A stretch of DNA of 64,000 bases from Heptranchias perlo (taxonomy: Eukaryota): assembly GCF_035084215.1 (NCBI RefSeq), contig NC_090340.1, positions 3,410,001 through 3,474,000 on the forward strand, given 5' to 3'. The position numbers and the translations under genes were made by a program. This document shows, in pieces, positions 52,204 through 64,000 of this stretch; the first letter of the stretch is position 1, and every line of letters begins with the position of its first letter. The notes under the pieces were generated by a model. The model saw only the letters and a program-made list of their open reading frames with translations. It searched no databases and was not told where the DNA came from.

Positions 52204-52253
52204 CCGTGTAGCTGTAAACAGGAGAATGTATGTCAGTGCGAGTAAAAGTTCAT
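52204..52253 (-). pseudogene. Leader (signal peptide) exon candidate
   Basis: TATAAA ~45 nt upstream; ATG then, with a 1-nt frameshift, LLALTYILLFTAT; followed by G|GT. Confidence 0.45.
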
Positions 52254-53024
52254 GCCGTCGCTGCTTTGTGCTTAGTCCATGGAAAGAATTAGATTTATAT
52301 TTCAACTCAGCGGCCTTTTGCTCTGTTTTATTATTGGGCAGCTTTTAATAAATAGGCAAAACTTATTCAGGGAATATTAATTCAAACTGCTCATGTTAAG
52401 ATTTGCAAATTTGGAACAAAGGGGCACAATTATTACTGTCCAGATAAGCGGTACTTTGATCCCGGGTTTATAATCGGGGCCGGAAAAAACATTTTGTCAA
52501 AAATTGTGAAGAGAGAAAAAACAAACTTGCTGGAAGTTTGGTTCTGTTCAAATGGCGGGAAGAGAAGTTTGAGAGGATCATCGATGGAGCTGAATGAGGA
52601 AAGTGGCTGGATGTCCAGTGACAACATCTTCCATCCTGACACATAGCAGACTGGAAATATATTATCACTGTCAAGAGCCCCCCTCACATTCTTGCTTGTT
52701 AAAGTTACAATTCAAATCGAGAGTCACGGTCGGGCCTCAATCCACGAAGCAGCGCGTGAGATCCCTTTGAGAAGCCTGGCGCTCACTGATTGGTTCGAAA
52801 CCCATGCCGTATAACTCCGGTCTAGTGTCAAATCTAGTTTTCAAAATTGATCAAAGTGTCACTTGGACCACATTGTAAACTTACTTGTAGTTTATTCAAC
52901 TGTGACTAAATTATAGACCCTCGTCTCTCCTCTCTAAATATTTAACCAAGTACAGAGCTTCCCTCCGCCCCCTCCCCCCACGCAAACACAGACAGACACA
53001 CACAGGAGAATTATACATCACACC

Positions 53025-53515
53025 TACATTCAGTTCTGGGCACCGCACTTCAGGAAGGGCATATTGGCCTTGGAAGGGGTGCAGCGCAGATTCACCACAA
53101 TGATACCCGGACTAAAGGAGTTAAATTATGAGAACAGGTTGCATAGACTAGACATGTATTTCCTTGAGTATAGAAAGTTAAGGGGTGATCTAATTGAGGT
53201 GTTTAAGATGATTGAGTTATTTATAAGGTAGATAGAGAGAAACGATTTCCTCCGGTAGGGGAATCCAGAACGAGGGGGACACTTCTGTACACGCAGGGAA
53301 AAGGACATCTGGAACTTACTCCACCCAAAGGCTGTTGAAGCAAGGTCAACTGAAAATTTCAAAACTGAGATTGACAGATTTCTGTTAGGTGAGGTTATTA
53401 AGATGAATGGAACTCAGGAGGGCAAATAGAATTAAGATACAGATTAAGCATGATCGAATTGAAAGGCGGAACTGTCTCGAGCAGCTGAATGACTTATTCC
53501 TGTTCACACGGTCCT
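53025..53515 (+). mobile_element. CR1 3' fragment
   Basis: QFWAPHFRK..LEGVQRRFT..RGDLIEVFK motifs. Confidence 0.85.
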
Positions 53516-53654
53516 ATTTTTGACCCCATTTCCAACAGTCATAAGTGGTTGCTGAGCAAAAAACATAATTAAGCGCTTCAGAGAGGGTGCAATCTGTACT
53601 CCTTATTTATATACGCTGCGTAACTTTGCCTGCATCAAGGTTTCCACGAAGTTC

Positions 53655-56010
53655 CTTTTTATTCGTTCATTGGATGTGGGCGTCGCTGGCGAGGCTGGCA
53701 TTTATTGACCATTCCTAAATGCCCTTGAGAAGGTGGTGGTGAGCCGCCTTCTTGAACCACTGCAGTCCGTGAGGTGAAGGTTCTCCCAGAATGCTGTTAG
53801 GAAGGGAGTTCCAGGATTTCGACCCAGCGACGATGAAGGAACGGCGATATATTTCCAAGTCGGGATGGTGTGTGACTTGGAGGGGAATGTGCAGGTGGTG
53901 TTGTTCCCATGTATCTGCTGCTCTTGTCCTTCTAGGTGGTAGATGTCGCGGGTTTGGGAGGTGCTGTCGAAGAAGCCTTGGCGAGTTGCTGCAGTGCAGC
54001 CTGTGGATGGTACTCACTGCAGCCACTGTGCGCCGGTGGTGAAGGGAGTGAATGTTTAGGGTGGTGTATGGGGTGCCAATCAAGCGGGCTGCTTTGTCCT
54101 GGATGGTGTCGAGCTTCTTGAGTGTTGTTGGAGCTGCACTCATCCAGGCAAATGGAGAATATTCAATCACACTCCTGACTTGTGCCTTGTTGAAGGTGGA
54201 AAGGTTTTGGGAGTCAGGAGGTGAGTCACTCGCCACAGAATACCCAGCCTCTGACCTGCTCTTGTAGCCACAGTATTTATATGGCTGTTCCAGTTAAGCT
54301 TCTGGTCAATGGTGACCCCAAGGATGTTGATGATGGGGGATTCGGCGATGGTAATTTCATTGAATGTCAAAGGGAGGTGGTTAGCCTCTCTCTTGTTGGA
54401 GATGGTCATTGCCTGGCACTTGTCAGGCGCGAATGTTACTTGCCACTTATGAGCCCAAGGCTGGATGTCGTCCAAGTCTTGCTGCATGTGGGCTCGGACT
54501 GCTTCATTATTTGAGGGGTTGCGAATGGAACTGAACACTGTGCAATCATCAGCGAACATCCCCATTTCTGACCTTATGGTGGAGGGAAGATCATTGATGA
54601 AACAGCTGAAGATGGTTGGGCCTATGACAATGCCTTGACGAACTCCTGCAGCAATGTCCTGGGGCTGAGATGATTGGCCTCCAACAACCACCATGTTCCT
54701 TTGTGCTGGGTATGACTCCAGCCACTGCAGAGTTTTTCCCCTGATTCCAATTGATTTCAACTTTACTCGGGCTCCTTGGTGTCACAATCGGTCAAATACT
54801 GCCTTGAATTCAAGGGCAGTCACTCTCACCTCACTTCTGGAATTCAGCTCTTTTGTCCATGTTTGGACCAAGGCTGTAATGAAGTCTGGAGCCGAGTTGT
54901 CCTGGCTGAATCCAAACTGAGCATCGGTGAGTAAGTTATTGGTGAGTAAGTGCCGCTTGATAGCACTGTCGACCACATCTTCCATCACTTTGCTGATGAT
55001 TGAGAGTAGACTGATGGGGCGGATTGGATTTGTTCTGCTTTTTGTGGACAGAACATAGCTGGGCAATTTTCCGCATTTTCGGTTAGATGCAAGTGTTGTA
55101 GCTGTACTGGAACAGCTTGCCTGGAGGTGCAGCTAATTCAGGAGCACAAGCCTTTCGCACGACAGCCGGGATGTTGTCAGGGCCCATGGCCTTTGCTGTA
55201 TCCAGTGCACTCAGCCGTTTCTTGAAATCACGTGGAGTGAATCGAATTGGCTGAAGACTGGCTTCTGTGATGGTGGGGATATCGAAAGGCGGCCAAGATG
55301 GATCATCCACTCGGCACTTATGGCTGAAGGTGGTTGCAAATGCTTCAGCCTTGTCTTTTGCACTCGCGTGCTTGACTCCGCCATCGTTGAGGATGGGGAT
55401 GTTTACAGAGCCTCCTCCTCCTGTTAGTTGTTTAATTGTCCATCACCATTCACAACTGGATGTGGCAGGACTGCAGAGGTTTGATCTGATCCGTTGGTTG
55501 TGGAATCGTTTAGCTCTTTCCATAGCATGTTGCATCCGCTGTTTAGCATGCATTTAGTCCTGAGTTGTAGCATCACCAGGTTGGCACCTTGTTTTTAGGT
55601 ACGCCTGGTGCTGCTCCTGGCATGCTCTTCTACACTCTTCATTGAACCAGGGTTGATCCCCTGGCTTGTTGGTAATCATAGAGTGAGGAATATGCCGGGC
55701 CATGAGGTTACAGATTTTGGTGGAATCCTATTCTGTTGCTGCTGATGGCACACAGCGCCTCATGGATGCCCAGTTTTGAGCTGCTAGATCTGTTCTGAAT
55801 CGAACCAATTTAGCACGGAGGTAATGCCACACAACACGTTGGATGATGTCCTCAGTGCGAAGACGGGACTTCGTCTCCACGAGGACTGTGCAGTGGTCAA
55901 TACTGTCATTGACAGATGCATTTGCGACAGGTGGGTTGGTGAGGACGAGGTAAAGTAGGTTTTGCCCTCATGTTGGTTCACTCACCACCTGCCGCAGGCC
56001 CAGTCCAGCA
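53655..56010 (-). mobile_element. LINE-A (endonuclease end to 3' tail)
   Basis: Minus ORFs with PISLLS, MFADD, EYSPFAW, SWNSLP. Confidence 0.93.
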
Positions 56011-56522
56011 GCTATGCCTGCTGCCCTTGTCATTCTCGGTGGTAGAAGTCGTGGGTTTGGGAGTTGCTGTCAAAGAAGCTTTGGCGAGTTGCTGCATTGC
56101 ATCATGTGGATGGTACACACTGCAGTCACAGTGCGCCGATGGTGAAGGGAGTGAATGTTTAGAATGTTGGATAGGGTGCCAATCAAGCGGGATGTTTTGT
56201 CCTTGAAGTTGTCGTGCTTCTTGAGTGTTGTTGGAACTGCACTCATCCAGGCAAGTGGAGAGTATTCCATCATACTCCTGACTTGTGCCTTGTAGATGTT
56301 GGAAAGACTTTGGAGAGTCAGGAGGTGAGTCACTCGTTGCAGAATAACAAGCCTCTGACCTGCGCTTGTAGCCACAGTATTTATATGGCTGCTCCAGTTA
56401 AGTCTCTGGTCAATGGTGACCCCCAGGATGTTGATGGTGGGGCATTCTATTTTTTTTATTCGTTCATGGAACGTGAGCGTCACTGGCGAGGCCAGCATTT
56501 ATTTCCCATTCCTAATTGCTCT
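56011..56522 (-). mobile_element. LINE-A internal fragment plus a second LINE-A tail (~56449-56522)
   Basis: INILGVTIDQRLNW..EYSPLAW on minus; T-run and reverse tail at 56449-56522. Confidence 0.85.
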
Positions 56523-57568
56523 TAAATCTCACGGGATCCAAGTTGAGGTAGCCAATTGGATACAAAATTGGCTTGACGACAGAAGACAGAGGGTGGTTGT
56601 CGAGGGTTGTTTTTCAAACTGGAGGCCTGTGTCCAGCGGTGTGCCTCAGGGATCGGTGCTGGGTCCGCTGTTATTTGTTATTGATATTAATGATTTGGAT
56701 GAGAATTTAGGAGGCATGGTTAGTAAGTTTGCAGATGACACCATGATTGGTGGCATTGTGGACAGTGAAGAATGTTATCTGGGATTGCAACGGGATCTTG
56801 ATAAATTGGGCCAGTGGGGCGATGAATGGCAGATGGAGTTTAATTGAAATAAATGTGAGGTGATGCATTTTGGGAGATGGAATCGGGCCAGGACCTACTC
56901 AGTTAATGGTAGGGCGTTGGGGAGAGTTATAGAACAAAGAGATCTAGGAGTACAGGTTCATAGCTCCTTGAAAGTCGAGTCACAGGTGGATAGGGTGGTG
57001 AAGAAGCCATTCGGCATGCTTGGTTTCATTGGTCAGAACATTGAATACAGGAGTTGGGATGTCTTGTTGAAATTGTACAAGACATTAGTAAGGCCACACT
57101 TGGAATACTGTGTACAGTTCTGGTCACCCTATTATAGAAAGGATATTATTAAACTAGAAAGAGTGCAGAAAAGATTTACTAGGATGCTGCCGGGACTTGA
57201 TGGTTTGACTTATAGCGAGAGGTTAGATAGACTGGGACTTTTTCCACTGGAAAGTAGTAGGTTAAGGGGTGATCTTATAGAAGTCTATAAAATAATGAGG
57301 GGCATCGATGAGGTAGATAGTCAAAATCTTTTCCCAAAGGTAGGGGAGTCTATAACGAGGGGACATAGATTTAAGTTGAGAGGGGAGAGATACAAAAGGG
57401 TCCAGAGGGTCAAGCCAGGTCAGTAGCAACACACAACCATTGACTCTATTCTATCGGGCCAAGTGCAGGCAATTGGGACTAGCTGAGTGGTATAAACTGG
57501 GCGACATGGACATGTTGGGCCGAAGTGCCTGTTTCCATGTTGTAACTTCTAAGACTCTATGATTCTAT
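56523..57568 (+). mobile_element. CR1 (RT to 3' tail), relatively well preserved
   Basis: [36 protein letters not shown]; ends CTATGATTCTATGA. Confidence 0.93.
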
Positions 57569-57569
57569 G

Positions 57570-59905
57570 AGCCGAGTTCTTGAACCGCTGCAGTCCGTGT
57601 GGTGAAGGTTCTCCCACAGTGCTGTTATGAAGGGAGTTCCAGCGTTTTGAACCAGCGGCAATGAAGGAACAGCGAAATATTTCCAAGTTGGGCTGGTGTG
57701 TGACTTGGAGGGGAACGTGCAGCTGGTGTTGTTCCCATTTGCCTGCTGCCCTTATCCTTCCAGGTTTTAGAGGCCGCGAGTTTGCAGGTGCTGTCGAAGA
57801 AGCCTTGGCGAGTTGCTGCAGTGCATCATGTGGATGGTGCACACTGCAGCCACAGTGCGCCGGTGGTGAACGGAGTAAACGTTTCGGGTGGTGGAGGGAT
57901 TACCAATCAATCGGGCTGCTTTGTCCTGGATGGTGTCGAGCTTCTTGAGTGTTGTTGGAGCTGCACCCATCCAGACAAGTGGAGAGTATTCCATCACACT
58001 CCTGACTTGTGCCTTGTAGATGGTGGAAAGGCTTTGGGGAGCCAGGAGGTGAGTCACTCCCCGCAGAATACGCAGCCTCTGAATTGCTCTTGAACCCACA
58101 GTATTTATATGGCTGGTCAAGTTATGTTACTTGTCAATGGTGACCCATAGGATCTTGATGGAGGGTGATTCGGCGATGGTAGTGCCGTTGAATGTCAAGG
58201 GTAGGTGAGTGGGCTATATTTTGTTGCAGATGGTCATTGCCTGGCACTTCTCTGGCGCATGGTAATGCCGTTGAATGTCAAGTGGAGATTCTCTCTTTTT
58301 GGAGGTGGTCATTGCCTGACACTTGTCTGGCGCGAATGTTACTTGCCAGTTATCAGCCTAGGCCTAGATGTTGTCCAGGTCTTGCTGCATGTGGGCACTG
58401 TCTGCTTCATTATCTGAGGGGTTGCGAGTGGAACTGAATACTGTGCAATCATCAGCGAACATCCCCATTTCTGACCTTATGATGGAGGGAAGGTCATTGA
58501 TGAAGCAGCTGAAGATGGTTGGGCCTCGGACACTGCCCTGAGGAACTCCTGCAGCAATTCCCTCGGGCTGAGATGATTGGCCTCCAAAAACCATTACCAT
58601 CTTCCTTTGTGCTAGGTATGACTCCAGCAACTTGAGAATTTTCCCCCTGTTTCACATTGACTTCAATTTTACGAGGGCTCCTTGGTGCCACACCCTGTCA
58701 AATGCTGCCTTGATGTCAAGGGCAGTCACTCTCACTTCACCACTGGAATTCTGCTCTTTTGTCCATGTTTGGACCAAGGCGGTAATGAGATCTGGAGCTG
58801 AGTCGTCCTGGCGGATCCCAAACTGAGCATCGGTGAGTAGGTTATTGGTGAGTATGTGCTGCTTGATAGCACTGTCGACGACACCTTCCATCACTTTGCT
58901 AATGATTGAGAGTAGACTGATCGGGCGGTAATTGGCCGAATCTGATTTGTCCTACTTTTTGTGGACAGGACATACCTGGGCAATTTTCCACATTGTCAGG
59001 TAGATGCCAGCGTTGTTGCTGTACTGGAACAGTTTGGCTAGAGGCGCGGCTAGTTCTGGAGCACACATCTTCAGCACTACAGCCGGGAAGTTTTCGGGGC
59101 CCATATCCTTTGTTGCATCCAGTGCACTCAGCCGTTTCTTGATGTCACGTGGTGTGAATCGAATTGGCTGAAGACTGGATTCTGTGATGGTGGGGATATC
59201 GGGAGATCACCGAGCTGGAACATCCACTCGGCACTTATGGCTGAAGATGGTTGCAAACGATTCAGCCTTGTCTTTTGCACTCACGTGCTGGACTCTGCCA
59301 TCATTGAGGATGGGTGTGTTCACAGAGCCTCCTCCTCCTTTTATTTGTTTAATTGTCCACGACCATTCACGACTGGATGTGGCAGGACTGGAGAGCTTTG
59401 ATCTGATCGCTTGGTTGTGGAATCGCTTCGCTCTGTCCATAGCATGTTGCTTCTGTTGTTTAGCATGCATGTAATCCTTAGTTGTAGCTTCACCAGGTTG
59501 GCATCTCATTTTTACGTACGCCTGGTGCTGCTCCTGGCATGCTCTTCTACACTCCTCATTCAAGCAGGGTTGATCCCCTGGTTTGTTGGTAATCGTAGAG
59601 TGAGGAATATGCCGGGCCATGAGGTTATGGATTGTGGTGGAATACAATTCGGTTGCTGCTGATGGCCCACAGCGCCTCATGGATGCCCACTTTTGAGCTG
59701 CTAGGTCTGTTCTTAATCTATCCCATTTAGCACGGTGGTCGTGCCATACGACACGTTGGATGGTGTACTTCGTGCGAAGACGGGACTTCGTCTCCACAAG
59801 GACTGTGCGGTGGTCACTCCCACCATTTCTGTTATGGACAGATGCATCTGCGAATTTAGATTTGTGAGACGAGGTCAAGTAGGTTTTTCCCTCGTGTTGG
59901 TTTCG
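57570..59905 (-). mobile_element. LINE-A with a local duplication at ~58180-58320
   Basis: SDHRTVLVET, NYRPISLL, DIKAAFDRVWH, MFADD on minus. Confidence 0.92.
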
Positions 59906-60074
59906 CTTCAGTCCAGATATTGGTGGGGCGGAAACTTTTATCACACAATTCTGCAGAAGTTGCTCTGAATTTTCCATCTGTCTACCCTAAGTTGCACTGA
60001 AGAGGACATTCTATTTTCATTTGATAAGTTCAAACGGTTGAGTGTCCCCAACCCTGGTTCAATCAACAGTGTCG

Positions 60075-62040
60075 AATAGCATGCCAGGAGCAGCACCAGG
60101 CATACCTAAAATAGAGGTGCCAACCTGGTGAAGCTGCAACACAAGCATGCTAATGACCAGAAGTAAAAATGCTATCGACAAAGCTAAGCGATTCCACAAC
60201 CAACGGATCAGATCAAAGCTCTGCATTCCTGCCACATCCGGTCGTGAATGGTAGTGGACTATTAAACAACTAGCGGGAGGCGGAGGCTTCGTGAACATCA
60301 ACATTCACAATGCAGGGTCCAGCAGGTGAGTGCAAAAGACAAGAAGGAAGCGTTTGCAAACATCTTCAGCCAGAACTGCCGATGATCCATTTTGGCCTCC
60401 TCCCGATATCCCCACCATCGCAGAAGCCAGTCTTCAGCCAATTCGATTTACTCCACGTGCTATCAAGAAACGGCTGAGTGCACTGGATACAACAAAGGAA
60501 ATGGGCCCCGACAACATCCCGGCTGCAGTGCTGAAGCCTTGTGCTTCAGAACTATCCGCCTCTAGCCAAACTGTTCCAGCACAGCTACTACACTGGCATC
60601 TATTCAACAATGTGGAATATTGCCCAGGTATGTCCTGTCCACAAAAAGCAAGACAAATCCAATCCTGCCATTACCAACCCATCAGTCCACTCGCATTCAT
60701 TAGCAAAGTGATGGAAGGTGTCATCGACAGTGCTATCAAGTGGTACTTTCTCACCAATAACCTGCTCACCGATGCACAGTTTGGGTTCTGCCAGGACCAC
60801 TCGGCTCCAGACCTCATTACCGCCTTGGTCCAAACATGGACAAAAGAGTAGATTTGAAGAGGTGAGTGAGAGTGACTGCTTTTGACATCAAAGCAGCATT
60901 TGACCGAGTATGGCACAAATGAGCCCTCGTAAAATTGAAGTCAATGGGAATCAGGGGGGAAAACTGTCCAGTGGCTGGAGTCATACACAGCACAAAGGAT
61001 AATGGTAGTAGTTGTTGGAGGCCAATCATCTCAGCCCCGGGACATTGCTGCAGGAACTCTTCAGGGCAGTGACCAAGGTCCAACCATCTTCAGCTGCTTC
61101 ATGAATATCCTGCCCTCCATCGTAAGGTCGGAAATTGGGATGTTCGCTGATGATTGTACAGTGTTCAGTTACATTCGTAACCCCTCAGATAATGATGCAG
61201 ACTGTGACCGCATGCAACAAGGCCTGGACAACATCCAGGCTTGGGCTGATAAGTGACAAGTAACAATCGCACCACACAAGTGTCAGGCAATGACAATTTC
61301 CAACAAGAGAGAGTCTAACCACCTCCCCATGAAATTCAACGGTGTTACCATCGCCGAATCCCCCAAAATCAATATCCTGGTCAGAACTGACCAGAAACTT
61401 AACTGGACCAGTCGCATAAGTACTGTGGCTAACAGAGCAGGTCAGAGGTTTGGTATTCTGTGGCAAGTGACTCACCTCCTGACTCTCCAAAGCCATTCCA
61501 CCATCTACAAGGCGCAAGTCAGGAGTGTGATGGAATACTCTCCACTTGCCTGGATCAGTCCAGCCCCAACAACACTCAAGAAGCTCGACAAAATCCAGGA
61601 CAAATCAGCCCGCTTGATTGGCACCCCATCCACCATGCTAAACATTCACTCCCTTCAACACCGGCTCACCGTGGGTTCAGTGTGTACCATCCACAGGATG
61701 CACTTCAGCAAATCGCCAAGGCTTCTTTGACAGTACCTCCCAAACCCGTGACCTCTACCACCTAGTAGGACAATGGCAGCAGGCACATGGGAACAACACC
61801 ACCTGCACGTTCCCCTCCAAGTCACACACCATCCCGACTTGGAAACATATCTCCGTTCCTTCATCCTCGCTGGTTCAAAATTCTGGAACTCCCTACCTAA
61901 CAGCACTGTGGGAGAACCTTCACCACATGGACTGCAGCGGTTCAAGAAGGCGGCTCATCACCACCTTCTCAAGGGCAATTGGAATGGGGAATAAATGCTC
62001 GCCTTGCTAGCGACATTTCATGAACGAATAGAAAAAAGAA
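60075..62040 (+). mobile_element. LINE-A (linker/RT to 3' tail)
   Basis: MGPDNIP, QFGF, MFADD, EYSPLAW, tail ending GAACGAATAGAAAAAAGAA. Confidence 0.92.
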
Positions 62041-62554
62041 ACTATCTCGGATATCCCGCCCTAAATCTGGCGGAAGATCGGTGGAAAAGCTACAAAAACG
62101 CCATGGGGGTGAAGTTCAACTGTGTGGTGGTGATGGAGGGGATGGGGTCAAAATTGGTGATAGCGGATTGTCCGTCCATTATGCACACCGCCTGCCTTTC
62201 TTTTATGTTGAATGCAATGATATGAGTGCCAGATATGATCCTCTCAGTTTCCCACAGGGAGTGTTATGTTTAAACCAATCCAGAACTTTTCTCTCGGCAT
62301 TTTGCGAATCATCCGCCGAAGTTGCGACGAACAGTCGAGAAAACTCGCGAAGAAAATGTAAGTCAAGTGTGTCCGGAGGTTTGCTCACCAATTCCTGACG
62401 CCTGTCCTCCCAATTCCAGAGTATGCCCTTTGCGGGATAGAAGCTGTATCACAAACCTTCAAAATGGAATCGGTCCTCCAGCGATCAGAGTCCCGTATCT
62501 TTGTGAAAGTGAACAGACACAGGGCACACAATACCAGTAAGGCCTCATTGCTAT

Positions 62555-64000
62555 GGTAGGAAATTTAATCCTTTGGCAACAGTGTAAAATGGGCGATATC
62601 CAATTGGCCGCTCATTATAAGCCCTGGTCTAACATAAGAACATAAGAAATTGGAGCAGGAGTAGGCCAATCGGCCCCTCGAGCCTGCTCCGCCATTCAAT
62701 AAGATCATGGCTGATCTGATCCCAACCACAAATCTAAAGAACACAAGAAGTCGGAGCAGGACCCGGCCACATAGCCCCTGGGCCCTCTCCGCCACCCACA
62801 GGGCATTGACCGATCCGAACTCAGCTTCATGTCCAATTTCCTGCCCGCTCCACATAACCCCTAATTCCCTTTACTTCGAGGAAACTGTCTATTTCTGTTT
62901 TAAATTTATCTAATGATGTAGCTTCCACAGCTTCCTGGGGCAGCAAATTCCACAGACCTACCACCCTCTGAGTGAAGAAGTTTCTCCTCATCTCAGTTTT
63001 GAAAGAGCAGCCCCTTATTCTAAGATTATGCCCCCTAGTTCTAGTTTCACCCATCTTTGGGAACATCCTTACTGCATCCACCCGATCAAGACCCTTCACA
63101 ATCTTATATGTTTCAATAAGATCGCCTCTCATTCTTCTGAACTCCAATGAGTAGAGTCCCAATCTACTCAACCTCTCCTAATATGTCCGCCCCCTCATCC
63201 CCGGGATTAACCGAGTGAACCTTCTTTGTACTGCCTCGAGAGCAAGTATGTCTTTTCTTAAGTATGGAGACCAAAACTGTATGCAGTATTCCAGGTGCGG
63301 TCTCACCAATACCTTATATAACTGCAGCAATACCTCCCTGTTTTTTATATTCTATCCCCCTAGCAATAAAAGCCAACATTCCATTGGCTTTCTTGATCAC
63401 CTGCTGCACCTGCATACCAACTTTTTGATTTTCTTGCACTAGGACCCCCAGATCCCTTTGTACTGCAGTACTTTCCAGTCTCTCGCCATTAAGAAAATAA
63501 CTTGCTCTCTGATTTTTCCTGCCAAAGTGCATAACCTCACATTTTCCAATATTATATTGCATCTGCCAAATCTCCGCCCACTCACCCAGCCTGTCTATAT
63601 CCCCTTGCAGGTTTTTTATGTCCTCCTCACTCTCTACTTTCCCTCCCATCTTTGTATCATCTGCAAATTTTGATATGTTGCACTCGGTCCCCTCCTCCAA
63701 ATCGTTAATATAGATTGTAAAGAGTTGGGGTCCCAGCACCGACCCCTGTGGAACACCACTGGTTACTGGTTGCCAGTCCGAAAATGAACCATTTATCCCA
63801 ACTCTCTGCTTCCTGTTCGATAACCAATCCTCCACCCATGCCAGAATCTGGCGGAAGATCGGTGGAAAAGCTACAAAAACGCCATGGGGGTGAAGTTCAA
63901 CTGTTCTCCCTCCACTGACTTCGATGGAAAGGGAAATCCGACACAATAATGGACGGCTGATTATATCGCCCGGTTTGCATCATAGCCCGAAGTTAAACTT
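62555..64000. mobile_element. Palindromic MITE-like element split by a CR1 (arms ~62555-62630 and ~63905-64000)
   Basis: The reverse complement of 63940-64000 (AAGTTTAACTTCGGGC..GGGCGATAT..GCCGTCCATTAT) matches 62561-62618 (AAATTTAATCCTTTGGC..GGGCGATAT..GCCGCTCATTAT). Confidence 0.6.
62631..63844 (-). mobile_element. Young 5'-truncated CR1
   Basis: Long clean ORFs ([39 protein letters not shown]); tail (TTCTTATG)n. Confidence 0.95.

Larger units (their letters stand above)
42800..52253 (-). pseudogene. Ig-superfamily (C1-set, SIRP-like) transmembrane receptor pseudogene
   Basis: Leader exon ~52253-52204, C1 exon ~52018-51740, TM exon ~44863-44752, possible cytoplasmic exon remnants near 44300 and 42960-42850; all on minus and frameshifted. 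Confidence 0.6.

Overview
Eukaryotic, repeat-saturated window that looks like cartilaginous-fish (shark/ray) genomic DNA; the taxon is inferred from the repeat families, not seen directly. No intact protein-coding gene is present. Main content: (i) a 7.6-kb pyrimidine-rich 18-bp satellite; (ii) many decayed non-LTR retrotransposons (vertebrate CR1, a second ORF1-less APE+RT LINE here called LINE-A, L2-like pieces, a Tx1-like tail) plus SINEs and MITEs; (iii) three or four LTR/retrovirus-like elements: an integrase + class-I-fusion env remnant (~9.3-12.1 kb, lokiretrovirus-like), a minus-strand gag/protease remnant (~12.9-13.9 kb), an 11-kb minus-strand LTR element (28317-39469, tRNA-Leu PBS, PPT, 4-bp TSD) whose interior lacks pol and carries an intronless mosaic of host-gene fragments (DNAJC9-, MYH9-, NUMA1- and possibly DZIP1-like), and a tRNA-Lys-primed provirus (~45.05-51.18 kb); (iv) two host pseudogenes on the minus strand: a C2H2 zinc-finger exon and an Ig C1-set/TM receptor gene split by the provirus. 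All protein-family calls come from recalled motifs, not database searches, and boundaries are approximate.
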